A stretch of DNA of 64,000 bases from positions 124,001 to 188,000 of the IMG/VR virus record IMGVR_UViG_3300033571_009404; one strand, written 5' to 3'. Position 1 is the first letter of the stretch. Each line of letters begins with the position of its first letter. Shown here piece after piece: positions 28,490-36,999 of this stretch. The translations under genes were made by a program, and so were the position numbers. Below the pieces are notes generated by a model, which saw only the letters and a program-made list of their open reading frames with translations, was not told the DNA's origin and searched no databases.

Positions 28490-29032
28490 ATGGACCCTCG
28501 CTGGGTTACTGAATTGCAACGTCTTATCACTGGTGCAGGATTATCTCTGAGTGAACCAATACCGCATGAACTGATCATCGAATTCGATCAACGCATCATC
28601 GTCGCAGGAACCAGATACTTCGAGGACATCGGACTATTTGATTCTCTGATGGATGATGAAGCAGCTCTTTACAAGACTAAGGGCAGCTTCATGTTCATCT
28701 CCGGTGCAGCTAAAACCGGTGCAGATGCTCTGGTGATCGAGTGGTGCAAAAAGCGTGGTTACCCTTATGCCGTCTTCCCAGCTGACTGGGACGCCCATGG
28801 GAAATCCGCAGGATACGTGCGCAATGCTGAGATGGCCAAACATCTCACTAATCTGACCGTCTTCTGGGACGGGAAGTCTAACGGCACTAAACACATGATC
28901 GAATGTGCAGTGGAAAAGGGCGTACGTCCCCACAAGTACATCGTCGATATCCCACCACCGGAAGCCCGTGTACACTCTTATGGTGTCATGAATGCGAAGT
29001 CTGACCCACGTCCGGCTCACAGGGGCTTGTAA
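28490..29032 (+). CDS. SLOG (YspA/DUF2493-like) nucleotide-binding protein
   Basis: IIVAGTR, ISGAAKTGAD, FPADW...GKSAGYVRNAEM and FWDGKSNGT; the likely start is 28490 (track 28397). Confidence 0.8.
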   Translation: MDPRWVTELQRLITGAGLSLSEPIPHELIIEFDQRIIVAGTRYFEDIGLFDSLMDDEAALYKTKGSFMFISGAAKTGADALVIEWCKKRGYPYAVFPADWDAHGKSAGYVRNAEMAKHLTNLTVFWDGKSNGTKHMIECAVEKGVRPHKYIVDIPPPEARVHSYGVMNAKSDPRPAHRGL

Positions 29033-29046
29033 TCAAGGATTAGTCC

Positions 29047-29715
29047 ATGCCTGGTAATCGCGCTGCGGCAATGGCTGAACTGAAGAACGTCGTAGAGAAG
29101 ATCCTGCCTGGGGGTGGGATCTTTGATATGTACCGTAATCGGTTAGAGCCAATGTCTGATGAAGAATTTGAACAATTCATTCATCGTCTTGAAACAGGTG
29201 AAGAACGACTTGCAGTTATCGCTCCTAACTTCAGTAAGGTGCGTCTGGAAGTAGAACGCAATCTGGCGATCGCTAAGGAGTGGGGACACAACTTCTTTGA
29301 ATCGATTCGCATCGAGACTGATGATGATACACCACCTTATTACTCTAACGACAAGTATTTGGTGGTTCTCTTGCCGATCCGTCGGCAGGCACAGCTGTTG
29401 TCTAAAAAGATTTCGGTAGCGGAGGATAGCAACTCCATCGATATCTTCTCAGGCCAAGCTGTAGGTAGTAGTCGTGGTAGTAGCATCTCCTACCCAGAGT
29501 CGCAGATCCTTCGTGCATTAGGCTTGCCTGATAACCAAGAGGAACTGTTAAAGCTGCGTGGTGGTGACGTCGCAGGTAATGCTGCGTTGAATGCATCCAT
29601 CTCTCGTACTGGTGGTGCATCCATGTCCGAAATCCGCAAGCTAGGTACAGAGGTCACATCAACACGTACATTGAGTGTATTGCTCACTTCGATGCACATC
29701 GGCAACACTCTGTAA
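29047..29715 (+). CDS. virion RNA polymerase beta subunit, C-terminal part (phiKZ gp149-like)
   Basis: LPIRRQAQLLSKKISV...SGQ...SSISYPE...LLKLRGGD matches the recalled split beta C-terminal polypeptide. Confidence 0.75.
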   Translation: MPGNRAAAMAELKNVVEKILPGGGIFDMYRNRLEPMSDEEFEQFIHRLETGEERLAVIAPNFSKVRLEVERNLAIAKEWGHNFFESIRIETDDDTPPYYSNDKYLVVLLPIRRQAQLLSKKISVAEDSNSIDIFSGQAVGSSRGSSISYPESQILRALGLPDNQEELLKLRGGDVAGNAALNASISRTGGASMSEIRKLGTEVTSTRTLSVLLTSMHIGNTL

Positions 29716-29731
29716 GAAAGGCACACGCGCT

Positions 29732-30265
29732 ATGGCTCAAGGCGAATTAGAGATAGAAGTGGATATGGGGTCATTGAACAGCATTTTTATCCAGGCTTAC
29801 GAGCGTGAGATAAACATCTGGTCCGATGCAGCTGCTGCAGATATCGATCACTTCGTGAGAACGATGGTGATTGAATCGAGGCATGTGGCATTGATTACCA
29901 CAAATGGGATTGAGGAGATCAGGAATGCTCTCTTCAAAGAGGAAGTGGTGAGTGACTTCATTCAATCATTGTCCTACCGATTCTTTGCTTACTGGGGTAA
30001 GAATAAAGTCGGTATCGGGCAATTATGTGAAGTACTGTCCGTCGCACTAACACAACCAACTGAAGAATCAGAGGCTGATGATAAGGATAATGAAGTACTG
30101 TTACCTCCTGAGTATAGCGACCGCTATCGCACTGAAGGTGACTTACTGAAGATCCTGAATCACAACCGTTGGTTTATTGTTATCTGCCTCATCAGGTTAT
30201 TTGTGGAACACAAACGTGCACCGCGGGTTCAACAATCTGAAGAGGGAGAGGGATCAGCTGGTTAA
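29732..30265 (+). CDS. hypothetical protein
   Basis: Likely ATG 29732 after RBS aaagg (track 29675). Confidence 0.65.
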   Translation: MAQGELEIEVDMGSLNSIFIQAYEREINIWSDAAAADIDHFVRTMVIESRHVALITTNGIEEIRNALFKEEVVSDFIQSLSYRFFAYWGKNKVGIGQLCEVLSVALTQPTEESEADDKDNEVLLPPEYSDRYRTEGDLLKILNHNRWFIVICLIRLFVEHKRAPRVQQSEEGEGSAG

Positions 30266-30269
30266 GGGG

Positions 30270-30294
30270 GTAGGTCAGTTTGGGTCTGACCTAC
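30270..30294 (+). terminator. intergenic stem-loop
   Basis: gtaggtcag / ctgacctac 9-bp stem. Confidence 0.5.
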
Positions 30295-30326
30295 AAAGTT
30301 TAACTCCTCATTAAGAGGGTTCTAAC

Positions 30327-31148
30327 ATGTCGATCTCCAGTTCTGGAGGAATCTACACTGAGTTAGACGTACTGCTGGATACGCATCTGGCTACGTTATC
30401 ACTCATAAGCCAGGACCTCTGCAATGAGGTCCTGCATTCCGGGGTTCATCACACGCGTAAGGAAGACGCTTATCCAGGCGTTGCCCATGCTGCGATGAAA
30501 CAGAAGTACGAGCAACGGAATGAAGTCACATTGACTCAGTCGATGATGACTAATATCTTTATCGTGATTCGCCACCTGTTTAAAACGATTCTCGATGAAG
30601 AAGTAATGACGCCGTTCCACGGCAAACTGAAACTCTTCGTTAACGTTCATCCGTATTCGAACTTGTCCGACGAAGAACGCGACGCTTTGACTGTCGCGAT
30701 CGCCCACAACATCGGTGGTGTGGCCGAGGTCGAGTTAATCGACATGGCAGTATCGGAACTTACTCCGACTCACTGCAAAGCGACTTATCGCTTCATGGTG
30801 ATGTATGACTGGGGTACCTGGATGAATGTCCAGACGCCAGCTTTCCACCAGACTGCCATTCCGGAGGTCGCTGTTATTGCACCGGCAATATACCATGCGG
30901 GCTCCCCTACTGAAGATGAGATACAAGAAAGCTTCGTGGAGCTTAAAAAGCACTTTCCCGATGCTACTTCTTTATTTGACGCTTCTGAGAAGCTAAGTCA
31001 AATGCTCATCAATTTACATCTGATAGACGTCGCATTCTTTAGCGTCATATCAGAGTTTAGTCAAACCGTACATACCAGCACTCTCCCAGATATCGCGACC
31101 CTATTAGGGAATGCGATATCTGGTGAGGCTGCAATACCAACACGGTGA
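30327..31148 (+). CDS. conserved phiKZ-like hypothetical protein, degenerate HAD-like N-terminal motif
   Basis: 273 aa; IYTELDVLLDT resembles HAD motif I with Glu at the nucleophile position. Confidence 0.6.
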   Translation: MSISSSGGIYTELDVLLDTHLATLSLISQDLCNEVLHSGVHHTRKEDAYPGVAHAAMKQKYEQRNEVTLTQSMMTNIFIVIRHLFKTILDEEVMTPFHGKLKLFVNVHPYSNLSDEERDALTVAIAHNIGGVAEVELIDMAVSELTPTHCKATYRFMVMYDWGTWMNVQTPAFHQTAIPEVAVIAPAIYHAGSPTEDEIQESFVELKKHFPDATSLFDASEKLSQMLINLHLIDVAFFSVISEFSQTVHTSTLPDIATLLGNAISGEAAIPTR

Positions 31149-31166
31149 GGCTAGCGAGTATACCCA

Positions 31167-31194
31167 GTAGGGGGAGATGGAGATCTCCTCCTAC
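31167..31194. terminator. hairpin between convergent genes
   Basis: gtagggggagat / atctcctcctac arms with a G-U pair. Confidence 0.6.
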
Positions 31195-31224
31195 ATATAT
31201 CTAAGGAGTTTTGTGACTCTTTCC

Positions 31225-31716
31225 TTAGACTGCTTGTTTGCGGTTCTTTTCGAAGGCTTCATGGGTCATGGTAGACGTACCGATATCGGTTTCACCTTCC
31301 ACTAACTTCAAGTCTTCTAAGTCTTCCGGAAGCTTAGGATCCACAGGGTTAGGGTTATCTGGGATCTTGTACTTGGTGGTCGACGGAACGCTGTTCAAGA
31401 TGTCGGCAATCATTGCATGGGTAGCTGCTTGATTGCGCGTTTGTGCTTCTTCGTTCTTTAAGCGACGCTTACTGATTTCCTGCTTATCCATGTCGGAGGC
31501 AGCTTTGAGCAAGTTAGTCACCACCTTAGGATCGTTGATCTGATCTAAGCTATGACGAGCGTGACGAATGATCTGACGACGCAAGGACTGCGTATAGTCA
31601 TAGATCTCTTCTTCAGTTTGCTTACGGTCATCGGTTTCAGCATGCAGCGGTGCATAACTGATCATGTCAGGATCAGCAGCAGTGTTTAAAACATCGACTG
31701 GAATGTTCGCACTCAT
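31225..31716 (-). CDS. hypothetical helical protein
   Basis: 163 aa with RBS gagg; two long helices separated by DP. Confidence 0.7.
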   Translation of the reverse strand: MSANIPVDVLNTAADPDMISYAPLHAETDDRKQTEEEIYDYTQSLRRQIIRHARHSLDQINDPKVVTNLLKAASDMDKQEISKRRLKNEEAQTRNQAATHAMIADILNSVPSTTKYKIPDNPNPVDPKLPEDLEDLKLVEGETDIGTSTMTHEAFEKNRKQAV

Positions 31717-31804
31717 GATTTACCTCGAATAATCTTTATTTATATACTGGGGAGAAAAGTGAATTAACAAACTCCCCATATAGCGGTGAATTCGTCATAA
31801 GTAT

Positions 31805-31837
31805 CTATTGTACTTGAGATACATATCACTAATCTGG
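31805..31837 (+). promoter_or_regulatory. putative early (virion RNAP) promoter
   Basis: ttgaga-ta-catatcac-N5-tgg has the same spacing as the 53152-53175 motif. Confidence 0.4.
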
Positions 31838-31886
31838 TACAGGAAAATGTGTACCTTTAATCGGGTGTTCACTTGTAGGGAGACCT

Positions 31887-32471
31887 ATGAAGTTGCTTAA
31901 CAATTTCCTCTTTAAACGTAAGCTGAAGCTAGTGAATCGTTTACTAGAGGAGTATCAAAACTTCGATATCGCTTCAGGAAAGGAAGAAGGTCGTACTAAG
32001 CTCATCGGTAAAATGCTGCACGCAATCCCTGTAGATGCGTTCCACCTCTACAATGCGAAGCTGGGTGAAGCCTACATGGCACACACCGGAGTTCGTAGTC
32101 TGGATGCATTTAACCAGCTGCTCTATCGAGCCCATGTCACATTAAAGTCTAACATCGTTTTTCGTGATGACTGGTATGTGGAGTATGAACGGTACTACAA
32201 GAACGACGGTACCGAAGCAGTTGCACACCACCTAGCTTACCGGACTATCGATTCATTGATGGTCACAACTAACGGTAGTTATGGAAATCCTGTTGAGCTT
32301 GTTGCTCGCATGATTTTTCTGGGTACAGCTATTTGTGATTCGATTACTGTTGGGATCGAAAACAATAGTGAGTATGAAATCAATACTCAACGTACCTTAA
32401 TCAAGTTGCTAACGGATCTGGGTAACCTGGCCGAGACATTGATCGAAATGGGTTACACCATCGGTCGATAA
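31887..32471 (+). CDS. hypothetical protein
   Basis: 194-aa ORF with RBS agggag. Confidence 0.7.
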   Translation: MKLLNNFLFKRKLKLVNRLLEEYQNFDIASGKEEGRTKLIGKMLHAIPVDAFHLYNAKLGEAYMAHTGVRSLDAFNQLLYRAHVTLKSNIVFRDDWYVEYERYYKNDGTEAVAHHLAYRTIDSLMVTTNGSYGNPVELVARMIFLGTAICDSITVGIENNSEYEINTQRTLIKLLTDLGNLAETLIEMGYTIGR

Positions 32472-32512
32472 GCAACACTAATTCCCCCTAATCAATCTAA
32501 TCAGGATGTGTC

Positions 32513-32998
32513 ATGATCAAACGTGATAAGCCTAATACCGGTAAGACCAAGATCGCTTCTATCTTGGATGATGAGAATAAACGCAAGGACGACACCTATG
32601 GAGTAAATGGCGTTCTTGCTCGGTTGTTCCGCCAGATGTTGTTGGATCTGAACATCAATAAGCAAAAGTGGATGCATTTGATGGCAGATTTTATGCATGA
32701 CCAGCGTAACAACATTCCGAACAACAAGTCTGACCACACCATGTTTCGCGGTAACTTGACTAAGGAACTCGGCCGTGAGCAGTTGACTTTCAAAAGTCTC
32801 TGCCGGGGATGCCGCTTCCTTGGCTTTCGCAGCATCGAGATTACGATCGCTGGGAAGCATGAAGATACGGGTGAGATCACTTACCACTCGACGATGGTGG
32901 ACTTTGGTCCACGTCGCCGTATCAACGACTTTATGCGCGAAACAGAGCGTAATACCGAGGACGCTCAAGAAGAAGCTGAGTCCTCCAAAGACGACTGA
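32513..32998 (+). CDS. conserved phiKZ-like hypothetical protein, possible DNA-binding
   Basis: LARLFRQML...RGNLTKELGREQLTFKSLCRGCRFL, basic and helical. Confidence 0.65.
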   Translation: MIKRDKPNTGKTKIASILDDENKRKDDTYGVNGVLARLFRQMLLDLNINKQKWMHLMADFMHDQRNNIPNNKSDHTMFRGNLTKELGREQLTFKSLCRGCRFLGFRSIEITIAGKHEDTGEITYHSTMVDFGPRRRINDFMRETERNTEDAQEEAESSKDD

Positions 32999-33059
32999 TG
33001 AAAACTAGAATAAGGAATAGCTGGAATCTCCATAGCTAACTTACTCGCGGAATAAACGT

Positions 33060-33599
33060 ATGAAACATAAACAGCCTGCTAAGAAAGGTCCAGTTCGATT
33101 CAGACACGATACTGACGGTGTTGATCACATCAACGTGCACTACTACGCATCAAAGACTACTCTGGGTCGTGAACTCTCTCACTTCTCCAGGAAAGCTTTC
33201 AAGCATCCCCAGTATGGCCCATTCAATTCGTTGGAAGCCTTCTGGTGGTGGATTCGTGCTGAGACACCAGATGACCAGATTCGTCGTTGCAGCGCTGATA
33301 AGGCACGTTCGATGGGACGCGATTGGGAAAAGAAGCGTACCAAAGACAATGCTAGCGAGTTCGCTCGTGAAATCTTCATTGCTAATTGGCATCGTATCGA
33401 CCAGAATCAAGGTCTGAAAGAGATGTTGATCGAATCGGACTTACCGTTCACTTACTACTACCTCCAAGGCAAAGAACCTGTGACGCAAATCGATGACAAG
33501 GATTCCGCATGGATGATCCAAGTCTTTGAGAACCTGCGGCGCATGTTCAAAGAAGGGGTTAGTTTGGATGAGAACGACCTCCCTGCATTTCTGAAGTAA
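33060..33599 (+). CDS. NADAR-like protein (T4 30.3-like)
   Basis: LSHFS...F...GPFNSLEAF...ARSMGR...QNQGLKEMLIES parallels the recalled T4 30.3 motifs LSNFA, LEGF, AQQAGR and QNKGFRDALQAS. Confidence 0.6.
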   Translation: MKHKQPAKKGPVRFRHDTDGVDHINVHYYASKTTLGRELSHFSRKAFKHPQYGPFNSLEAFWWWIRAETPDDQIRRCSADKARSMGRDWEKKRTKDNASEFAREIFIANWHRIDQNQGLKEMLIESDLPFTYYYLQGKEPVTQIDDKDSAWMIQVFENLRRMFKEGVSLDENDLPAFLK

Positions 33600-33604
33600 A
33601 CCAA

Positions 33605-33649
33605 CCACTCCCTTCGGGGAGTGGAATTAACCTGTGCTCTTTTTTTTTT
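33605..33649 (+). terminator. UUCG-loop terminator
   Basis: ccactccc-ttcg-gggagtgg with a T10 run 15 nt downstream. Confidence 0.65.
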
Positions 33650-33665
33650 GATTTAGGATGTGACC

Positions 33666-34730
33666 ATGGCTCAGAAACCACCGTCAAATATCCTGGCAGT
33701 GTCGACATTCAGTCAACCTGATACTAGCAACATGGCGGTATCGGATATCTATGACACCAAGAACCCTGGCGTTGTCAATAGCATCCAAGATCAGGTAGAC
33801 AAAGAAGACAGCAGTTTAAAGTCCTACGCGATTCGTGGCTCTAAGTTCTTGAAGTCTCTCTTACCCACCGTTGGTACGGTGTTGTCGGATGGTACTTCAA
33901 TTCTTAAAGCAACATCAGGTAAGCAGCGTTTAGCCTTACTGATGAATTCGTCTTCGCGTGTCTTTCAGTCACTACCAGACAATTACAAGAGTTTGATTAC
34001 GAGTGATCCCAAAACACTGGGGTCTTCGATTGTCACAGTGGGTGGTGTTACCCAAAAGGTATTAAACACCAACTACGGTAACATTCAATCCACCGCACGT
34101 TTAGTGGGCGACTTAACAGGTGACTCCAACTTAGTTGGTGTGCAAGATCCTGATAGCATGCTCGCTATGACGTCGGGGATTGCTAAGGAAGCTTCTCGCA
34201 CACGTGTTCCTGGTACATTTGGTGCTCTCGTTAGCACGATGAACAATAGTACCCTGGTCAACAAGTTTGCTAAGATGACTTTGCCAACTACTTTAGAGTA
34301 CAGTGATTCACTGGGCCTTAAAGACTTGGCGACCATGACCAAGCCTGGGGACGTCAATCTGATGAATCCCAATCTTGCTAAGGACTTCTCAACCGTCTAC
34401 ACGTCTCCGCCGTCTTGTACTGCGGCTGACAACAAGGCTGAGTATACCAACGTCATGGATGCGTTTAACACCGTCAATAGCGATTGGGATAAAACCAAAC
34501 GCCAGTACGATGTTCAACCTAGCACTGACATCACTCCGTTGATGGGTTCTAGCGATGACATGCAGAAGATGCTTAAAGCAGGTTACATGGATTCGAATAA
34601 CATTGATAAGGAAGTCTATTCCTTTTCGACGGTATTCTCCAGTGAGTCTGTGGATAGCAACTTGGCCAATAAGTATTCTGGCACTGCTCGTACATCGACT
34701 ACCACCACCAGAACTCCGTCATATTTCTAA
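33666..34730 (+). CDS. putative tail/baseplate-region virion protein
   Basis: Ser/Thr-rich ORF convergent with the baseplate and tape-measure genes; ATG 33666. Confidence 0.5.
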   Translation: MAQKPPSNILAVSTFSQPDTSNMAVSDIYDTKNPGVVNSIQDQVDKEDSSLKSYAIRGSKFLKSLLPTVGTVLSDGTSILKATSGKQRLALLMNSSSRVFQSLPDNYKSLITSDPKTLGSSIVTVGGVTQKVLNTNYGNIQSTARLVGDLTGDSNLVGVQDPDSMLAMTSGIAKEASRTRVPGTFGALVSTMNNSTLVNKFAKMTLPTTLEYSDSLGLKDLATMTKPGDVNLMNPNLAKDFSTVYTSPPSCTAADNKAEYTNVMDAFNTVNSDWDKTKRQYDVQPSTDITPLMGSSDDMQKMLKAGYMDSNNIDKEVYSFSTVFSSESVDSNLANKYSGTARTSTTTTRTPSYF

Positions 34731-34731
34731 C

Positions 34732-34769
34732 GGCATAGAGCCCAGGGAGAAATCCCTGGGCCTTATGAC
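34732..34769. terminator. bidirectional hairpin with GGCATA/TATGAC feet
   Basis: gcccaggga-gaaa-tccctgggc (GNRA loop) between convergent genes. Confidence 0.75.
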
Positions 34770-34771
34770 CT

Positions 34772-36943
34772 TTAACGACGTTCTGTACCGTGCACCATGG
34801 CAGCTGCAATTTGACCAGGGATAGTATCACCCAAGAAGGAAGCGATGTGTGCTGTCGATTTCCATGTCTTGAATTCTTCCATCTGTTTAGTCAATGCGAG
34901 CTTCATGCGTGGGAAGGCGTAGACTAAGTCGTAGAGCTTCATGCCAGCCAATACGTTCATGTAGTCGGTAAACGAGTTATCGTCATCGAACGTACCAGTT
35001 GCTAAGCCTGCGCCTAACACAGCACCTGCACCTGCACCAGCTAACGCTCCAACACCAGCCGCAGCAGGAGCTACAGCACCGCCTCCTAAGAGGGTAGCGC
35101 CCACACCACCAGCTAATGCACCAGCTTCAGAGCCACCAGCCGCGCCCAATACACCACCACCGATACCACGAGCAAGCTTACCCCAAGAGAAGCCTTGAGA
35201 TAACGGCATGTGAATAATCGAAGACAGATCCAACACCGAGAAGTCCACACGAATACCTAAGGACTTACCGTTGTTGTTAAAGCCTAAGTTACCCACACCA
35301 CGAGTGATGGTCATGGAGTCGATAATGCCCAGACGAGTAAGCACACGACCTTGGTCGTACAACTCGCACAGGAACGGCGACACGTAGGACTGCTTACCAG
35401 CAGACAGAGGCAACACACCCGCTAACAGACATGCTAAGGGGAAATGCATCTGGATCAGACGCGATATGGGATTACCATACGTCGGAATCAGATCAATCGA
35501 GTAGTTACCACGTGGTAGGTTAGCCGTAGACTGTTGCCAGTATTTAGGGATGTCCACGAATGCAGCACCACCTAGGGTCGCTAAGCCAGAGATCTGAAGA
35601 GAATCTCCCACACCACGGAAGAAGTCACCCACACCACCCAACGCTGCCTTAACAGTGTCACCAATCCAACCACCGCCTACGTTACCGTTAGCAAAGGAGA
35701 ATTTCATGTTACGTGCTTGAGACGACATGTTATTCATCTTTTGCATCAGTTCAGATTCACCTGCAGAGTTACTGAAGGATTCACTAACCTGACCAGTTGC
35801 ATTGACACGGAAGCCTACGAAAGATGCACCATCGTTAATTTCAGCTAACAGGTATTCACGCAGACCTGGGTCGTCCTTGATATTCCCATCAGCATCGTAC
35901 TCGATAGACTCAGCCGTCGTGGAGTTCGATTGACTGTTATCCGTATCAGACACATTACCTACAGAGGCAGCATTGGAATTTAACCAGCGCTGTAAGTAGA
36001 TCGGCATGTCGGTTTCATCAGCCCCTTTACCAGAGCCACCGTTGCCTAATGTGTTAGTGACCCCAGGATCGCTCACAGTGGTCGTGTAGAGCCTTTGAAT
36101 CTTATCGGCGAAGGATTCGTTGCTAACTTCGTTTAACGCCTCATGGATCGCCATAGAGCGTTTACGGGCCATACGCTGCGCACGGTTGGCAACAGCGTAT
36201 GCATTGATACCACCTGACTCACGGAAGATGTCCGGCATTTGACGGTGAATCTTCTTCAACATATCAGGCGTGAAGGTGTAGCCTTCGTTAGCTGCTTTTT
36301 GATCTTCACCGCCTAAACGAGGCACGATACCTTCGTTAACGGCAATCTGGTTAATGATCGTGTTGACAGCTGTCCAGTACAACGGCATGGCAGGCTTGGA
36401 GTAATAGAACTTACTCGCTGGTTTATTCATGAAGTAACGAGCAGCAGAACCAATTAAGGTCACAGCTAATAACTTCCACGATAAGATACCAACGACAAAG
36501 CCTGTTGCCTTACCCAGTGTATACATCACACCGGTAGAACGACCAGTACGTGCTAAGAGACCTGCATCAGCTGAATAGAAGCCTGTGAAGAAGGTCGTTA
36601 AGCTATTGAACTGAGCTTGACCAAAACGCAGATAGATCAACTGTGCGTTATCGTCAAAAGCTTCGCTGTAGTACGGACCCATACCTTTGCCACTACGACC
36701 GGTCGCATCCTGGAGGCTTTTGGCGTTTACACCAGGGGACCTTGGGTCAGTGAATCGACAGAACTGAGGTAATGGGTTAATTGCAAAGTTACCACCTAAG
36801 GTGGTATCTGTAAATTTGATGTCCGCTGAGGACTTGTAAAGCTTATCCCGAATATCAGGATGGATATCATCGGAACCAATGACGAATGCGTTCTTTACCC
36901 AATACGCATCCCGTACCGCTGGTCCGGAAAGAATACCTGCCAT
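34772..36943 (-). CDS. baseplate hub/tail-associated virion protein (phiKZ gp182-like)
   Basis: DTTLGGNFAINPLPQF, FVDIPKYWQQS and GIIDSMTITRG motifs; lies directly downstream of the tape-measure gene. Confidence 0.7.
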   Translation of the reverse strand: MAGILSGPAVRDAYWVKNAFVIGSDDIHPDIRDKLYKSSADIKFTDTTLGGNFAINPLPQFCRFTDPRSPGVNAKSLQDATGRSGKGMGPYYSEAFDDNAQLIYLRFGQAQFNSLTTFFTGFYSADAGLLARTGRSTGVMYTLGKATGFVVGILSWKLLAVTLIGSAARYFMNKPASKFYYSKPAMPLYWTAVNTIINQIAVNEGIVPRLGGEDQKAANEGYTFTPDMLKKIHRQMPDIFRESGGINAYAVANRAQRMARKRSMAIHEALNEVSNESFADKIQRLYTTTVSDPGVTNTLGNGGSGKGADETDMPIYLQRWLNSNAASVGNVSDTDNSQSNSTTAESIEYDADGNIKDDPGLREYLLAEINDGASFVGFRVNATGQVSESFSNSAGESELMQKMNNMSSQARNMKFSFANGNVGGGWIGDTVKAALGGVGDFFRGVGDSLQISGLATLGGAAFVDIPKYWQQSTANLPRGNYSIDLIPTYGNPISRLIQMHFPLACLLAGVLPLSAGKQSYVSPFLCELYDQGRVLTRLGIIDSMTITRGVGNLGFNNNGKSLGIRVDFSVLDLSSIIHMPLSQGFSWGKLARGIGGGVLGAAGGSEAGALAGGVGATLLGGGAVAPAAAGVGALAGAGAGAVLGAGLATGTFDDDNSFTDYMNVLAGMKLYDLVYAFPRMKLALTKQMEEFKTWKSTAHIASFLGDTIPGQIAAAMVHGTERR

Positions 36944-36973
36944 GTTGAATTCTCCAAACGTTTAAAGGAACAA

Positions 36974-36996
36974 AGGGGGAGGATCATCCTCCCCCT
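36974..36996 (-). terminator. hairpin after the tape-measure gene
   Basis: agggggagga / tcctccccct arms followed by ttg on the minus strand. Confidence 0.6.
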
Positions 36997-36999
36997 CTA

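Noticed and set aside
33640-33649. T10 homopolymer as a phase-variation tract
   Set aside because: It is intergenic and follows a UUCG hairpin, so it is best read as a terminator U-tract.
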